NCBI RefSeq assembly: GCF_004010195.1
Contig: NC_057720.1
Coordinates: 23,908,458 to 23,972,457, forward strand
Direction: 5' to 3'
Source of the DNA: Chiloscyllium plagiosum
Lineage: Eukaryota
DNA: 64,000 nucleotides
This document shows, piece after piece, positions 1 to 11,899 of this stretch. Every line of letters begins with the position of its first letter. Position 1 is the stretch's first letter. Under the pieces are notes generated by a model. That model made no database searches. It was not told the origin of the DNA and saw only the letters and a list, made by a program, of their open reading frames with translations. A program made the translations under genes and the position numbers.

Positions 1-543
1 GGGTAGTGTTCCCCTCGGGGTTCTGGGGGGTGGGGATAGTGACAGTGGGGTCTGTGGGGGGCGTGTCAGCAGAATGCAGGTGAGTGGCGCTGGTGGGGCG
101 GAAGTGGTAGTGACCACTGCAGTAGGGGTGGCGGTGGTCACTGAGCGTGTGGCATCAGTGATGATGTGAGGGGCGGAAGTGATGTCACGTGTGATGCATG
201 AGGAATTGTGAGGGGCGGAAGTGGTTGTGTGAGTTGCCATGATGGGGGTGGGAGTGACACCATCAATCAGCGTGGGGGTGGCAGGTGCATCAGCCACATG
301 GCTAATGGTGTCTGAGTAGTTTCCGAGGCCAGGGGAATCTTCTGAATTGTTTGAGGTGCGCTGGTTATGGAGGTGGGTAGATAAAAGTTTGTTGTACTAC
401 AGTTTTTGATGTTTGAGATGGAATTGAAATACTGTTTGTTGAGAGTATGAATTCTCCTGAGGATGTAGTACAGAGTGGGTCGTTTGCAATTTTGAGAGAG
501 TGTGGCCCTCAGCTGAGGCAGGGATGACTGTAGAGAGGTTAGG
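1..543 (-). mobile_element. Penelope-like element, N-terminal ORF fragment (continues off the left edge)
   Basis: Minus strand reads LPQLRATLSQNCKRPTLYYILRRIHTLNKQYFNSISNIKNC, then a frameshift, then YNKLLSTHLHNQ and a Thr/Pro-rich linker. It resembles the region upstream of RT in shark PLE ORFs; assigned by recall only. Confidence 0.6.
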
Positions 544-1044
544 TGAAATTACAAGTCCAAAGCACAGAACGACATATAGTTTTGCCTCTGCTGATATTGC
601 CAACCCAATTTGACCTCCAGGTTAATATGTATCAGAAGAGTTACAAGCAGCAATGTCATACCTTGTATATTTTAATTTCTTTCTGTCCTGTTTTGTTTTG
701 AGATTGGAATGTCTGGGGTTTGAATTTTGATCCATACGCTAATAGTTAATCCCAGCACAGATTGCAATTGGGTCATCCACTTGGTCTCAGTACTCTGCAT
801 TACAGGGAATGGGCAGTCTTTTGACCAGCATGCTGCACACTAAACATACATGACGCCTTTTATTAAATAGCCTCCTGCCACCCCTTACCCAATCAGGAGC
901 CAACTATGTCAAACTTGTCTCCATCAGGACCTCAGGATTAAAAATGAAATTGCTGGAAAAGCTCAGCAGATCTGGAGAGAAATCAGAGCTAATGTTTCAC
1001 ATTGAGTGACCCTTCCTCAGAACTGGATCAAACTCAAGGCAGAG

Positions 1045-1937
1045 TTGAGATTAGAGTGGTGCTGGAAAAGCACAACAGATCAGGCAGCATCCGAGGAGCA
1101 GGAAAATCAACATTTTGGGAAAAAGCCCTTCATTAGGAATAGAGGAAGGGAATCTCCAGGATGGAGAGATAAATGGGGGAGGGTTTGGAGGGGGGGGCTG
1201 GGGAGAAAGTAGCAAAGAGTACAATAGGGAGATTGTCAGGTAGGACAGGTCATGAGGACAGTGCTGAACTGGAAGTTTGGAACTGGGTTAAGGTGGGGGG
1301 AGGGGAAATGAGGAAACTGGTTAAGTCCACATTGATGCCCTGGGGTTGAAGTGTTCCAAGGCGGAAGATGTGGCGTTCTTACTCCAGGCGTTGGGTGGTG
1401 AGGGAGCGGCGGTGGAGGAGGCCCAGGACCTCCATGTCCTCGGCAGAGTGGGAGGGGGAGTTGAAATGTTGGGCCACGGGCGGTGGGGTTGATTGGTGCG
1501 GGTGTCCTGGAGATGTTCCCTGAAGCGCTCTGCTAGGATGTGTCCAGTCTCCCCAATGTAGAAGAGACCGCATCGGGAACAATGGATACAATAAATGACA
1601 TTGGTGGATGTGCAGGTAAAACTTTGATGGATGTGGAAGGCTCCTTTGGGGCCTTGGATGGAGGTAAGGGAGGAGGTGTGGGTGCAGGTTTTGCAATTCT
1701 TGCGGTGGCATGGGAGGGTGCCAGGACGGGAGGTTGGGGGCATAGAAAGCAGTCTTTGCGGAAAGCAGAAAGAGGTGGGGAGGGAAAAATATCCCTGCTG
1801 GTGTGGTCCGTTTGGAGGTGGCAGAAATGTCGGTGGATGATGTGGTTAATGCGAAGGTTGGTGGGGAGGGTTCTGTTCTTCTTACGGTTGGAGGGGTGGG
1901 GTTTGAGGACGGAGGTGCGGGATGTGGATGAGACATA
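1045..1937 (-). mobile_element. Penelope-like element 3' fragment (GIY-YIG endonuclease plus pLTR, family A), decayed
   Basis: ORF 1321-1743 contains CHRKNCKTC...NVIYCIHCSRCGLFYIGETG...RFREH (GIY-YIG with Cys motifs). Homologous to 54582-56046. Confidence 0.92.
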
Positions 1938-1939
1938 CC

Positions 1940-1977
1940 AGTTCTGAGGAAGGGTCACTCAACCTGAAACGTTAACT
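1940..1977 (+). ncRNA. Minimal hammerhead ribozyme motif (family B pLTR), stem II imperfect
   Basis: agtt CTGAGGA a gggtc actc aacct GAAA cgtt aact; stem I agtt/aact. Confidence 0.65.
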
Positions 1978-2294
1978 CTGATTTCTCTTCACAGATGCTG
2001 CCAGACCTGAGATGCTGCCAGACCTGCTGAGCTTTTCCAGCAATTTCTATTTTTGTCTCTGATTTACAGCATCCGTAGTTCTTTCGGTTTTTATTTAGGA
2101 CAAATTGCTTCTCCACCTAAAGATTGTGTAACACAACAGTCTATCTTGATCACCTCAGAGACTCTTTAGCAGCTAATCTCTACCTTCTACAGCTGGGAAA
2201 ATAACCACTTTAAACTCTGTACATTTCAATACAAAGGAAGAGTGACAAATGACATCTCAGTTATGTCCTATTACATTTGCCATACAATGGGTTA

Positions 2295-2430
2295 CATTTG
2301 GAAGCCATTGTAGCAACAAGTAATTACGGCAATTACTTCTGCAGAGCAAGCACTCACAAACAGTAATGGCATGTCAGTCAATGTTTTTTGAAGATGTTCC
2401 TTGAGGGGAAATCATAACCTCTTGATCTTC
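2295..2430 (-). mobile_element. Deu-domain SINE fragment (SacSINE1/AmnSINE-like), old
   Basis: gcaagcactcacaaacagtaatg...gatgttccttgagggg resembles the reverse complement of the DeuSINE 3' region. Confidence 0.5.
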
Positions 2431-2449
2431 TTTGAATGACAGTACAAGT

Positions 2450-2672
2450 CCGGTCCACTACAATCCAAAGATGTTCAGGTTAAGTGAATTGGTTAAACTA
2501 AATTGCCATTAGTGTTCAGGGATGTGTAGGGTAGGTGCATTATTAAGGAGTAAATCTGGAGCTATCGAGTAGGGGAATGGGTCCGGCTGGGTTACTCTTC
2601 GGAGGGTCGGTGTGAACTTGTTGGGCCAATGGCCTGTTTCCACACTGTAGGGTTTCTAAGATTCTATGATTC
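2450..2672 (+). mobile_element. HE1-like V-SINE, 3' part
   Basis: tccaaagatgttcaggtt...gggtcggtgtgaacttgttgggcc...tttccacactgtaggg, with a gattct-type tail. Confidence 0.85.
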
Positions 2673-2744
2673 AATGATCCTTACAGTCTCATTGCAGCAA
2701 TGTAAGAACAAAATCTAGAATAGCACCATAGTGCAAAATAGACA

Positions 2745-3045
2745 GAATGCACTGTTAGGGGTATGGTCTTTCAGATGAGCCACCAACTGAAGCCCTGTTT
2801 GCCCTCTCAGGTGAACATAACGATCCAAATGAACCTGAAGGGGAATTTTCTCAGGTCTCCTGATTAACAGTTCTAGCTTAAACAATGGTGCTAAAGCATA
2901 ACCTACCATTAACACAGGGATGTATGTAAATTGGCTGTCATATATCCTACATTTCAATAGTGTCTACATTTTTAAAAGTTATTAATTTTATATAAAGCAT
3001 TTTGGGATGCTCTGAAGTCATGAAAGGTGCTATATGAATGTATTT
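2745..3045 (+). mobile_element. Deu-domain SINE (SacSINE1/AmnSINE-like)
   Basis: gtctttcagatgag...gccctctcaggtg (Deu-like core) and 3' end aaagcattttgggatgctctgaagtcatgaaaggtgctatat. Confidence 0.75.
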
Positions 3046-3054
3046 TGTTAACGT

Positions 3055-3365
3055 TAGTTGGTTATGGTACTGGACTGGTTGCCAGAGGTTGAGAGTTCAA
3101 ACAAATGAAAGTGAATTAAATCAATCTGGTAGTTTGCAGGATGGCACCAGGACAATTACCATGATAGCTACTGGATTGTTGTAAAGTCAAAACTGACTGA
3201 TGAATGTACTCCTGCGATACACTTGAAGAGTTAGGACTACACATGACTCCAATACTGTACTGTGCGGTTCACTCTTAACGCACTCTGAAGTGGCCTGAAA
3301 GCATTCAGTTGTCAGGGCAATCAGAAATGGCAATAAATGTAGCCAGTGTCATCCAGACTCTCAAG
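3055..3365 (+). mobile_element. tRNA-derived SINE, family 2 (old copy)
   Basis: Degenerate match to the clearer copies at 32063-32430 and 37368-37665 (tgactcca...ctcttaa...ctctgaagtggcct...gcaataaatg). Confidence 0.6.
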
Positions 3366-4344
3366 ATAGATTGTAATAATTACCAAGAGACTACATGGTG
3401 CATTGAGTTAGAACATTACCCTTTCACCTCTTCCATCGCTTCATTTGAATCCAGATCAGACTGAAGAAATGGGGTCAGTTTTTGTCTCATTATCTATTGC
3501 CCCACTTTTTAGTTTGAATGGAGCAGTAACAAAACAATATCTTCTTTAAAAATTTGGCGTTTATTTTACCGCATTTCCAATTTAATAAATATAGGAAAAT
3601 TAATCCCAATATTTCCATACAAATGAATATTCCTGTATAGCAAGGGAGTACTGAACTCCTGAATGAGTAAGGAATAAACAGATTTTCTAGTCATGCTTAT
3701 CCCCTTGGGTTATCTATCGTTGCAGTGAATTGCAAATATCTCCTTAACACAAATACGTGATCAGTGACTTGTACTGCAGTACATTTATTCACTGATCATT
3801 ATGTCACCTAGTTGATCACATGAAATAGTCAAAATTTAAAAGTTTAATGCATGGGCTTGGGACGTGCTTTCTGAAAACTGTAATCTAATCTTAGAGGATG
3901 ACACGTATATATGTGCGATACATGAGGTAAAAATGTCTCATGCTCACTGGAACTGTATCATGGATCTAAAGTCTAATTACAAAAGCATCAATCAAACATT
4001 GTTAACCATCAAGTAAATCCTTTTCGAGCACTGCCTTTTTACATGGACAGAATATTAAATAAGGAGACCTGATTTTAACATGACTAGTTATTTTAAATTG
4101 GGAAGCAAAAGATTTGTTCGGATTTGTAACCACTCAAATATATCACTATTATTTTTAATGGCTGAGGGGAACTTTTCCATGGTTTTTAAACCCAAACTAA
4201 ATATTGCCACTCAGAAAAAAAAAGTTGTATTATTTGCTATTTCAAATTTAAGGACAGAGGGAAGAAGCAGATGTTTCTCACCATGTTCTCTGTCCCTGAA
4301 AACATTTGAGAAAAATTAGTATTCTCCAAAACACCAAGTGTGTA

Positions 4345-6838
4345 AATTGAATAAGGAGCTGAAATTGGCCTGTCGCAAAGATATTACTACAGTTGTTATG
4401 GGGGATTTCAACATGCAGGTAGACTGGGAGAATCAAGATGGACCCCAAGAAAGAGACTTTGTGAAGTGCCTCAGAGATAGATTCTTAGAACAGCTTGTGC
4501 TGGAGCCTACCAGGGAGAAAGCAATTCTGGATCTGGTGTGCAACGAACCGGATTTGATCAGGGACCTCGAAGTAAAGGAGCCATTAGGAGGTAGTGACCA
4601 CAATACAATAAGCTTTAATCTGCAGTTTGAAAGGGAGAGGATAGAATCGAAAGTGACAATATTTCAGTTGAATAAGGGGAACTATGGAGCTATGAGGGAG
4701 GAGCTGGCCAAAGTTCAATGGTGCAATACCCTAGCAGGGATGGCAGTGGAACAACAGTGGCAGGTATTTCTGGATATAATGCAGAAGATGCGGGATCAGT
4801 TCATTGCAAAAAGGAAGAAAGATCCTAAGGGGAGGCAGGGGTGGCCGTGCTTGATGATGGAAGTTAAGGACCATATAAAGACAAAGGGGAAAAAGTATAA
4901 CATAGCAAAGATGAGTGGGAAATCGGAGAACTGGGAAGCTTTTAAAGAACAACAGAGGATAACTAAAAAGGAAATACGCAAAGAAAAAATAAGGTAGGAA
5001 GGTAAACTGGCCAAAAATATAAAGGAGGATAGTAAAGGCTTTTTTAGGTATGTGAAAAGAAAAAAAATGGTTAAGACTAAAATTAGGCCCTTGAAGACAG
5101 AAATGGGTGAATTTATTACAGGGAACAAAGAAATGGCAGAAGAGTTGAATTGGTACTTTAGATCTGTCTTCACTGGGGAAGACACGAGCAATCTCCCAGA
5201 TGTAACAGTGGCTGAAGGACCTGAACGGAAGGGAATTTATATTAGGCAGGAAATGGTGTTGGAGAGACTGTTAGGTCTGAAGGCTGATAAGTCCCCGGGA
5301 CCTGATGGTCTGGGTACTAAAGGAGGTGGCTCTAGAAATCGTGGATGCATTGGTGATCATTTTCCAATTTTCTATAGATTCAGGATCAGTTCCTGCGGAT
5401 TGGAGGGTGGCTAATGTTGTCCCACTTTTTAAGAAAGGAGGGAGAGAGAAAACAGAGAATTATAGACCAGTTAGTCTGACCTCCGTGATGGGAAAAATGC
5501 TGGAGTCAATTATAAAGGACGAAATTACGACACATCTGGATAGCAGTAACAGGATAGATCAGAGTCAGCATGGATTTATGGAAGGGGAAATCATGTTTGA
5601 CTAATCTTCTGTAATTGTTTGAGGATGTAACTCTGAAGATGGACAAGGGAGATCCAGTGGATCAGAAAGCCTTTGATAAAGTTCCACATAGGAGGTTAGT
5701 GAGCAAAATTAGGGCTCATGGTATTAGGGGCAAAATACTGACATGGATTGAACATTGGTTGGCTGACAGGAAACAAAGAGTAGTTATAAACGGCTCCCTT
5801 TCGGAATGGCAGGCGGTGACTAGTGGTGTGCCACAGGGATCAGTGCTGGGACCACAGCTTTTTACAATGTACATTAATGATATAGATGAAGGTATTAAAA
5901 GTAATATTAGCAAATTTGCTGATGACACAAAGCTGGGTCGCAGGGTGAAATGTGAGGAGGATGTTAGGAGAATACAGGGTAACTTGGACAGGCTAGGTGA
6001 GTAGACAGATGCATGACAGATGCAGTTTAATGTGTATAAATGTGTGGTTATCCACTTTGGTGGCAACAACAGGAAGGCAGAATACCACCTAAATGGAGTC
6101 AAGTTGGTAAAGGGGCAGTACAACAAGATCTAGGTGTTCTTGTACATCAGTCAATGAAAGTAAGCATGCAGGTACAGCAGGCAGTGAAGAAAGCTAACAG
6201 CATGTTGGCCTTCATAACAAGAGGAATTGAGTATAGAAGCAAAGAGGTCCTTCTGCAGCTGTACGGGGCCCTGGTGAGACCGCACCTGGAATATTGTGCA
6301 CAGTTTTGGTCTCCAAATTTGAGGAAAGACATTCTGGCTATTGAGGGAGTGCAGCGTAGGTTCACGAGGTCAATTCCCGGAATGGCGGGACTATCTTACG
6401 CTGCAAGATTGGAGCAACTGGGCTTGTATACGCTTGAGTTTAGAAGGCTGAGAGGGGATCTAATTGAGATGTATAAGATTATTAAAGAATTGGACACTCT
6501 GGAGGCAGGAAGCATGTTTCCGCTGATGGGTGAGTCCCGAACCAGAGGACACAGTTTAAAAATAAGGGGTAGGCCACTCAGAACAGAGTTGAGGAGAAAC
6601 TTTTTCACCCAGAGAGTGGTGGGTGTATGGAATGCTCTGCCCCAGAAGGCTGTGGAGGCCAAGTCTCTGGATACTTTCAAGAAAGAGGTGGATAGAGCTC
6701 TTAAGGATAGTGGAATCAAGGGTTATGGGGATAAGGCAGGAACAGGATACTGATTGAGGATGATCAGCAATGATCATAATGAATGGTGGTGCTAGCTTGA
6801 AGGACAGAATGGCCTACTCCTGCACCTATTGTCTATTG
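4345..6838 (+). mobile_element. CR1-clade LINE, 5'-truncated ORF2 (endonuclease C-terminus plus RT) with 3' UTR; non-functional
   Basis: Motifs VMGDFN, LGGSDH, NYRPVSLTS, SGVPQGSVLGP, FADD (5915-5926), RPHLEYC. There is a stop at 4995, several frameshifts, and a deletion in RT motif A (VDQKAFDKV). Ends tggcctactcctgcacctattgtctattg. Confidence 0.95.
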
Positions 6839-6984
6839 CTTGCTGTTGGGAAAAACAAAAGAACATGCACCTGAAAACACATTGAATCCCAGTGTACTGA
6901 CAAAAGGCTCATGGAAGAGAGTATAAAGGTACCACTTGTTAAAGTTTACTGAGAGAGCGAACCTGGCCTGGTAACAATAAGGAT

Positions 6985-7225
6985 TTGGGCAGATGATGAC
7001 ATTGTGCTAATATCATAGATCGAGTAATCCAGAGGCTCTGAGGACATGAGGTCATGGTGACCATGAAACGACCATGAAATAAGGTGACTGCAGACCCACA
7101 ACAATGTGATTGACTCTAATTTCTGTCTAAAATGGCTTAGCGAGCCACCGCATTCAAGAACAATTAAGGATGGACAATATATGCTGGCCTTGTCAATGAC
7201 ATGCGAATCCCATGAAGGGAAAATG
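6985..7225 (+). mobile_element. tRNA-derived SINE family 2, internally deleted
   Basis: taatccagaggc...cagacccacaacaatgtgattgactct...tgctggccttg matches other family-2 copies. Confidence 0.65.
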
Positions 7226-7271
7226 AAACTTGACAATGCCAGGGATAGACTGCTAGACAAATATACCTGGT

Positions 7272-7398
7272 CAAAGACTAAAAAAGTGCAGATGCTAGAA
7301 TCCAAAACAGACAGACAGGAGGCTGGAAGAATACAGCAAGCCAGGCAGCACCAGGAGGTGGAGAAGTCAATGTTTTGGGTGTAATCATTCTTCAGGAC
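7272..7398 (-). mobile_element. PLE pLTR fragment (family D) with decayed hammerhead
   Basis: Reverse complement gtcCTGAAGAatgattacacccaaaacattgacttctccacctcctggtgctgcctgg; homologous to 58072-58146. Confidence 0.65.
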
Positions 7399-8356
7399 AT
7401 ACCTCTCAAACATATTAAAATAAACCCAGTGCGACTGGGAAGGGCTGGAGAGGCTGGAAGCCAAAAATATGTTTGGAAGTGCTACAGGAGACAACAAAAT
7501 TCCTGACAATTGGAATGGCACAAGAAGGGTCACTGAAATAATTCGAAAGAACCGAGGATTGTACAAACTTCGCTGCTGATAAGAAAACAAAACAACAGCA
7601 GAACTGGCATAGACCTAAGCTTTGCATTCATACCTCAAGGATTCTAGGAACTTTAAACTGCATCTACCTTTAACATCTGTTCATATTAGACACTCCCTTT
7701 CATAAAAAATAATTACCTAAGCGGCGTATGTGTTTAATGTCATGTTTTGATTATTTTCCATGGGACAGTGGTTCTTAAATTCCTCATTCACACACTCAGG
7801 GAAACCTTGAAGTTGGCCTTTGCATTTTGATCCAGTTAACTTTGGTTACATTTGAAGTGTGATAGCTGCATGCTAAGAAAGAATGTTTCAGATGTTCATT
7901 GTAATCATCTGAAATTGTCTTAAGAAGAGGAGAGATAGTTCCCCTTCCTTACCTGGTTGTAACAGCAGTTTGACAGATAGACCAAATGGCAGTAAGATGC
8001 AGCCCCTACCGTCTACTCCCCCATGGCTCTGGTGCTAGTCTTGCCTGATTCCAGCCCCATTCTGCTACCTGCTGTTCCTGGAAGAATTCGCCACACATCA
8101 GATATCCAACAAAAGAACAGAAATCTTTAAAAGGCCCGCTGTGCAGCCAGCCGAGCACTGACATTCCCAATATTCCCAGCTCACTGAAACACAGCCATTC
8201 CAAAGAGAAAGGAAAAATGTTGCATGATTCTCTGACAAGCACCTGGCCACAGTCTCCACCTCTAAGTGTTGACGAGGCTCCGAGGATCCAGATCCCCTTT
8301 TAATAGCGCATTCCATGAATCCTGGAGACTTTGCTCTGCCTCAGGTCCCCACCTAG

Positions 8357-8433
8357 GTAAAAACAATGACTGCAGATGCTGGAAACCAGATTGAAAAATA
8401 GATCTTGGCATCTGGGAACGTTGAGACTTTGCT
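8357..8433 (-). mobile_element. Abortive PLE 3'-end insertion (~35 nt) plus inverted templated filler, 27-bp TSD
   Basis: gtaaaaacaatgactgcagatgctggaaaccagatt is the reverse complement of the PLE end at ~56010-56046. Direct repeat tttgctctgcctcaggtccccacctag at 8330-8356 and 8434-8460. Confidence 0.85.
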
Positions 8434-8867
8434 TTTGCTCTGCCTCAGGTCCCCACCTAGTCCATCTACCTGAACCTACACCTGCCATTGAGAATCTCAT
8501 CTCAGTGCCTCAGGTTTAGTTAAAAGATGTAGCAAGTTGTTCCCAATGTTGGGATAGGCTTTGCTGAACTTCTCACATGATTCTGCCACATTTCCCATCA
8601 TAGCCTATATCGCTCAAGCCCCCCGAGAAGATTCTGCACAAAGCAAAGTCTCAACGTTCCCAGATGCCAAGATCTATTTTTCAATAGCGCAGACTGGAAA
8701 AGAGTGATAGACTTCCTTTCCCTTCAGGGCCGTTTATGAACCGAATATTAAGAGAAATTGACATGATTACCATTCTTGAAGCTAGTTTTTAAAAATTTTT
8801 TTAATGAATTGATTCTCTATCTGTCATTTGAATTCATGCTTTGACACCACAAGTCTGATATTAATAC

Positions 8868-9008
8868 CCATTCTGAAGAACGGTCACTGGATCCGAAACA
8901 TTAACTCTGATTTCTCTCCACAGATGCTGCCAGACCTGCTGAGATTTTCCAGCAATTTCTATTTTGTTTGATTCTGATTTCCAGCATCCAGAGTCCTTTC
9001 AGTTTTTT
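8868..9008 (+). mobile_element. PLE pLTR (family B), decayed hammerhead
   Basis: ttCTGAAGAacggtcactggatccGAAAcattaactctg...cagatgctgccagacctgctgag. Confidence 0.75.
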
Positions 9009-9299
9009 TAATTTAGTCCAATGTTAATTACTGGTCCAGTAACTTAACCATTATGTTCCCACAGTATTATCACATATGCCTTGTGACTTGTAAAATCATG
9101 CCGCACTTACAGAGATTTTGCTGCTGTGTAAAGTTAATGCCTCTGGGGATAATATGGGACTTCCAAGTCTTTGTATGTCATCATGACACCAACATGACAA
9201 CATTCTGTTAATAGTACTGAAGAACTGTCAGTCAGAACTTGCCACTCCACTAGCCAAGCTATGCCTGTACAGCTAAAATAAAACAAAACTGGCATCTAC

Positions 9300-9555
9300 C
9301 TATTGCTGTGGGTCTGGAATCACATGAAGGTCAGACCAAGTAAGGATGGCGGTTTCCTTCCCTAAAGGACATTAGTGAACCAGATGGGTTTTTCCAACAC
9401 TCAACAACAGTATCATGGTCATCATCAGACTCTTAATTCCAGATTTTAATTAATCTAAGTGTCACCATCTGCCATAGCAGAATTGGAATCCAAGTCCACC
9501 TGTGTCTCTGGATTAACAGACCAGCACTAACACCACAAGGCCACTGGCTCCCCCA
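9300..9555 (-). mobile_element. tRNA-derived SINE family 2
   Basis: tttccttccctaaaggacattagtgaaccagatggg is the reverse complement of the family-2 central block. Confidence 0.8.
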
Positions 9556-9639
9556 ACTGGGAATCAGGGGACAAGCTCTCTGCTATTTGGAGTCATACCC
9601 AACATTCCATGTGAATTATATAGCTACTGCACAGGTCTC

Positions 9640-10110
9640 CAACATCCGTGCATTGTCAGCATCAACATGTGGAAGTCACTCGCTGACACGCCAATTAACA
9701 ATGCCTTAGTTTCCAAGTAGCTGTTTCACTTAACACTTTTCAGCCCGAACATGGATATTGTTCACGTTCTTGCTGCATTTGAACATGGAGTGCTTGAGAA
9801 ACTGAGGAGCTGGACATTGTGTAATCATCAGCTAAGATCCCCACTTCTGGTAATATGATGGTGGCAAGTTGATGATGAAGCTGCTGAAGATGGTTGGGTC
9901 TGGGACACAACCCAGAAGAGATGTCCTGGACCTGAGATAAGTACCTTTCTATATGTCAGGTATGACCTCAACCAGGACTGAGTCTTTCCCCTGATTCCCA
10001 TTGACTCCAGTTCTGCTTGGGCCTCTTGATGCCACATTCAGTCAAGTGCAGCTTTGAAGTCAAGGGCAGTCTCTGTCACCTTGGCTTTGTCATTGAGTCC
10101 AGCAGTAATC
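9640..10110 (-). mobile_element. CR1/L2-type LINE RT fragment, old
   Basis: Minus strand reads ALDFKAALD-MWHQEAQAELESMGIRGKTQSWLRSYL (RT motif A region). Confidence 0.7.
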
Positions 10111-10780
10111 TGCTTAAGAGCAGATCCTCTGCTCACTTCTCCATTGCTCATGGTCTTTTCTCTTTCATTGCTCTTAAGAGATTCCCATTTACAATTTTAA
10201 TGAGCAATATAACTAGGGGTATAAAGTACATCAAGTGATTTCAATGACATCCGCATATGTGAGTTGAGATGGAAATTGTGCTATTAAAAATATATCATTA
10301 ATTTTAGAGAGTTTTGAGTTTGAGCAAGTGGCACATGGGTTGGTCTGTGTCTAGGAAAGGTTTAATGATTAATTTGGAAGCAATACTGAAGCCATGGTGA
10401 TTTATTTTAAAACACCATATGAGCAAGAGGCTATCTGAAGAACAATGGGGTTTTATTTTCCTCATATGAGTTTCAAAAAATAAACAGAGTCAACAGTTCT
10501 TGCACTCAGCTTCAGGTGGAAGTTTCCAGAATGAAATTTCTTTTCTTCTCAGGGAAAACATCCATAGTCTGAAGAAAGCCTCTTATGTTTCAATTTTTAC
10601 AGAGGTCTTGACTGGAACTTGATGTGTAAAACAGTTATACCTAAAGAAGGGAAATAATGTAGAACTGCTAAGAAATAGATTACCTCAGTGTATGGAGTTT
10701 AATTCATAAGTATCCAGGCCATAATGTTTGGTCAAAACTATGAAGGGGTTATTTGAAGCTGATAAGTCAACACTTAGTTG

Positions 10781-10920
10781 CATAGAACATAGAACCGAGA
10801 ACAATACAGCAGAACAAGCCCTTCGGCCCTCAATGTTGCGCCGACCTGTGAACTATTCTTAGCTCATCCCCCTACACTGTCCCATCACCATTCGTGTGCT
10901 TATCCAAGAATTGTTTAAAT
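10781..10920 (-). mobile_element. CR1-type 3' end
   Basis: catagaacatagaac tail followed by aagcccttcggccc. Confidence 0.65.
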
Positions 10921-11034
10921 TTCAGCATGAAGGCTGAAAGAAGAGGCTATCAGATCCTCAGGACCAAGAATTAAAGCATCCGTTTAATCAAACCGCATGT
11001 GTTATAAAGATGAGAATCGTCTCTCTGGTGTGAG

Positions 11035-11235
11035 TATAAGGGGTCCCGATTTACGAACATCTGACTTAGGACTGCTCATATTTATGAACACCATCCCATA
11101 GAGGGGTGTAATTTAAAGACCCAACATATGAATGCTTCATATACTTGTGAACAGCTGCTTCACATTATCCTGCAATGTGATTTGACCTGCATACAAATCG
11201 ACTTGGGTCCAGGCTCATTCAGGAGACTGCCTGTG
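11035..11235. mobile_element. Tigger/pogo-like MITE remnant
   Basis: Degenerate terminal inverted repeats: ggggtcccgatttacgaac at the left and ggagactgcctgt at the right. Confidence 0.45.
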
Positions 11236-11899
11236 GTGTAAAGGAATTCTGTTGGAATTAATAGGATTGCATTCTACCATGTACATTGAAATCTTTAAAC
11301 ATATCATATGCAAATAATTTGTTTCTTTATTCATTCTTCATTTCTTTTACATATTAAACTTATGTTTTGTTGTTAAAAGCAAATCTACAACATTGAATGT
11401 GTGTGTTACAGTGACAGACTATCTCATTAAAACAAAAGAAAACAAAAAATGATCTATCAAACAGATTTCAGTTTGTGATCTGACTTGTCAAGTAAATAAC
11501 ATCAGCTGGGAGCAAAATAGCTTAAAGGAACTAAAAGTCCTCTTCTCAAAAGAGTAGTCATTGGTCTTGAGGTTATATCTCTTCTGCAATCACCACCAAA
11601 AACTGATGGGTTCCACTGTTGACCACAGTTCATAACACTGAGCATTAGACCATGACCTGAGCTAACTCACAAAAAGACAGGGAATATCATCTCCTGAGGT
11701 CTTTCTGACTTTGCTGCCTTGCATTTGTGGATAAATCTGGGTTATAACTTACATTGTCAAGTTGATATTAGTGTCATTGGAATAGATAGACTGAAAAGCA
11801 AGTTGATCTTGTACACAGGTTATCCATATTACAACCAAATTAGTATCTAGGTGGCATGACCATCTTGGACTCTCCTTCCTCATTTATTTGACTGGTTCA

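Larger units (their letters stand above)
940..2095. mobile_element. Palindromic PLE pLTR element (family B), split by a nested PLE
   Basis: Left arm ~940-1026 (ttgctggaaaagctcagcag...cccttcctcagaactgg) is the reverse complement of the right arm 1938-2095 (ccagttctgaggaaggg...ctgagcttttccagcaa). Confidence 0.8.
10258..11520 (+). mobile_element. Possible old LTR-like repeat hosting nested insertions
   Basis: The end (cagatttcagtttgtgatctgacttgtcaagtaaataacatcagctggg) resembles LTR ends I recall from shark sequence; termini and TSD are not cleanly visible. Confidence 0.3.

Noticed and set aside
1..330. Mucin-like Thr/Pro-rich host exon on the minus strand
   Set aside because: It is contiguous with sequence I recognise as a PLE ORF N-terminus and has a frameshift near 400; better explained as the element's low-complexity linker.
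4338..6753. Possible functional reverse transcriptase gene
   Set aside because: 5'-truncated CR1 ORF2 with stops, frameshifts and loss of the RT motif A aspartate region.
6946..7590. 214-aa minus-strand ORF
   Set aside because: It runs across SINE and pLTR fragments; a chimeric chance ORF.
7980..8330. Coding-looking, GC-balanced stretch
   Set aside because: Stops in all plus-strand frames and only short uninformative minus-strand ORFs; no domain recognised.
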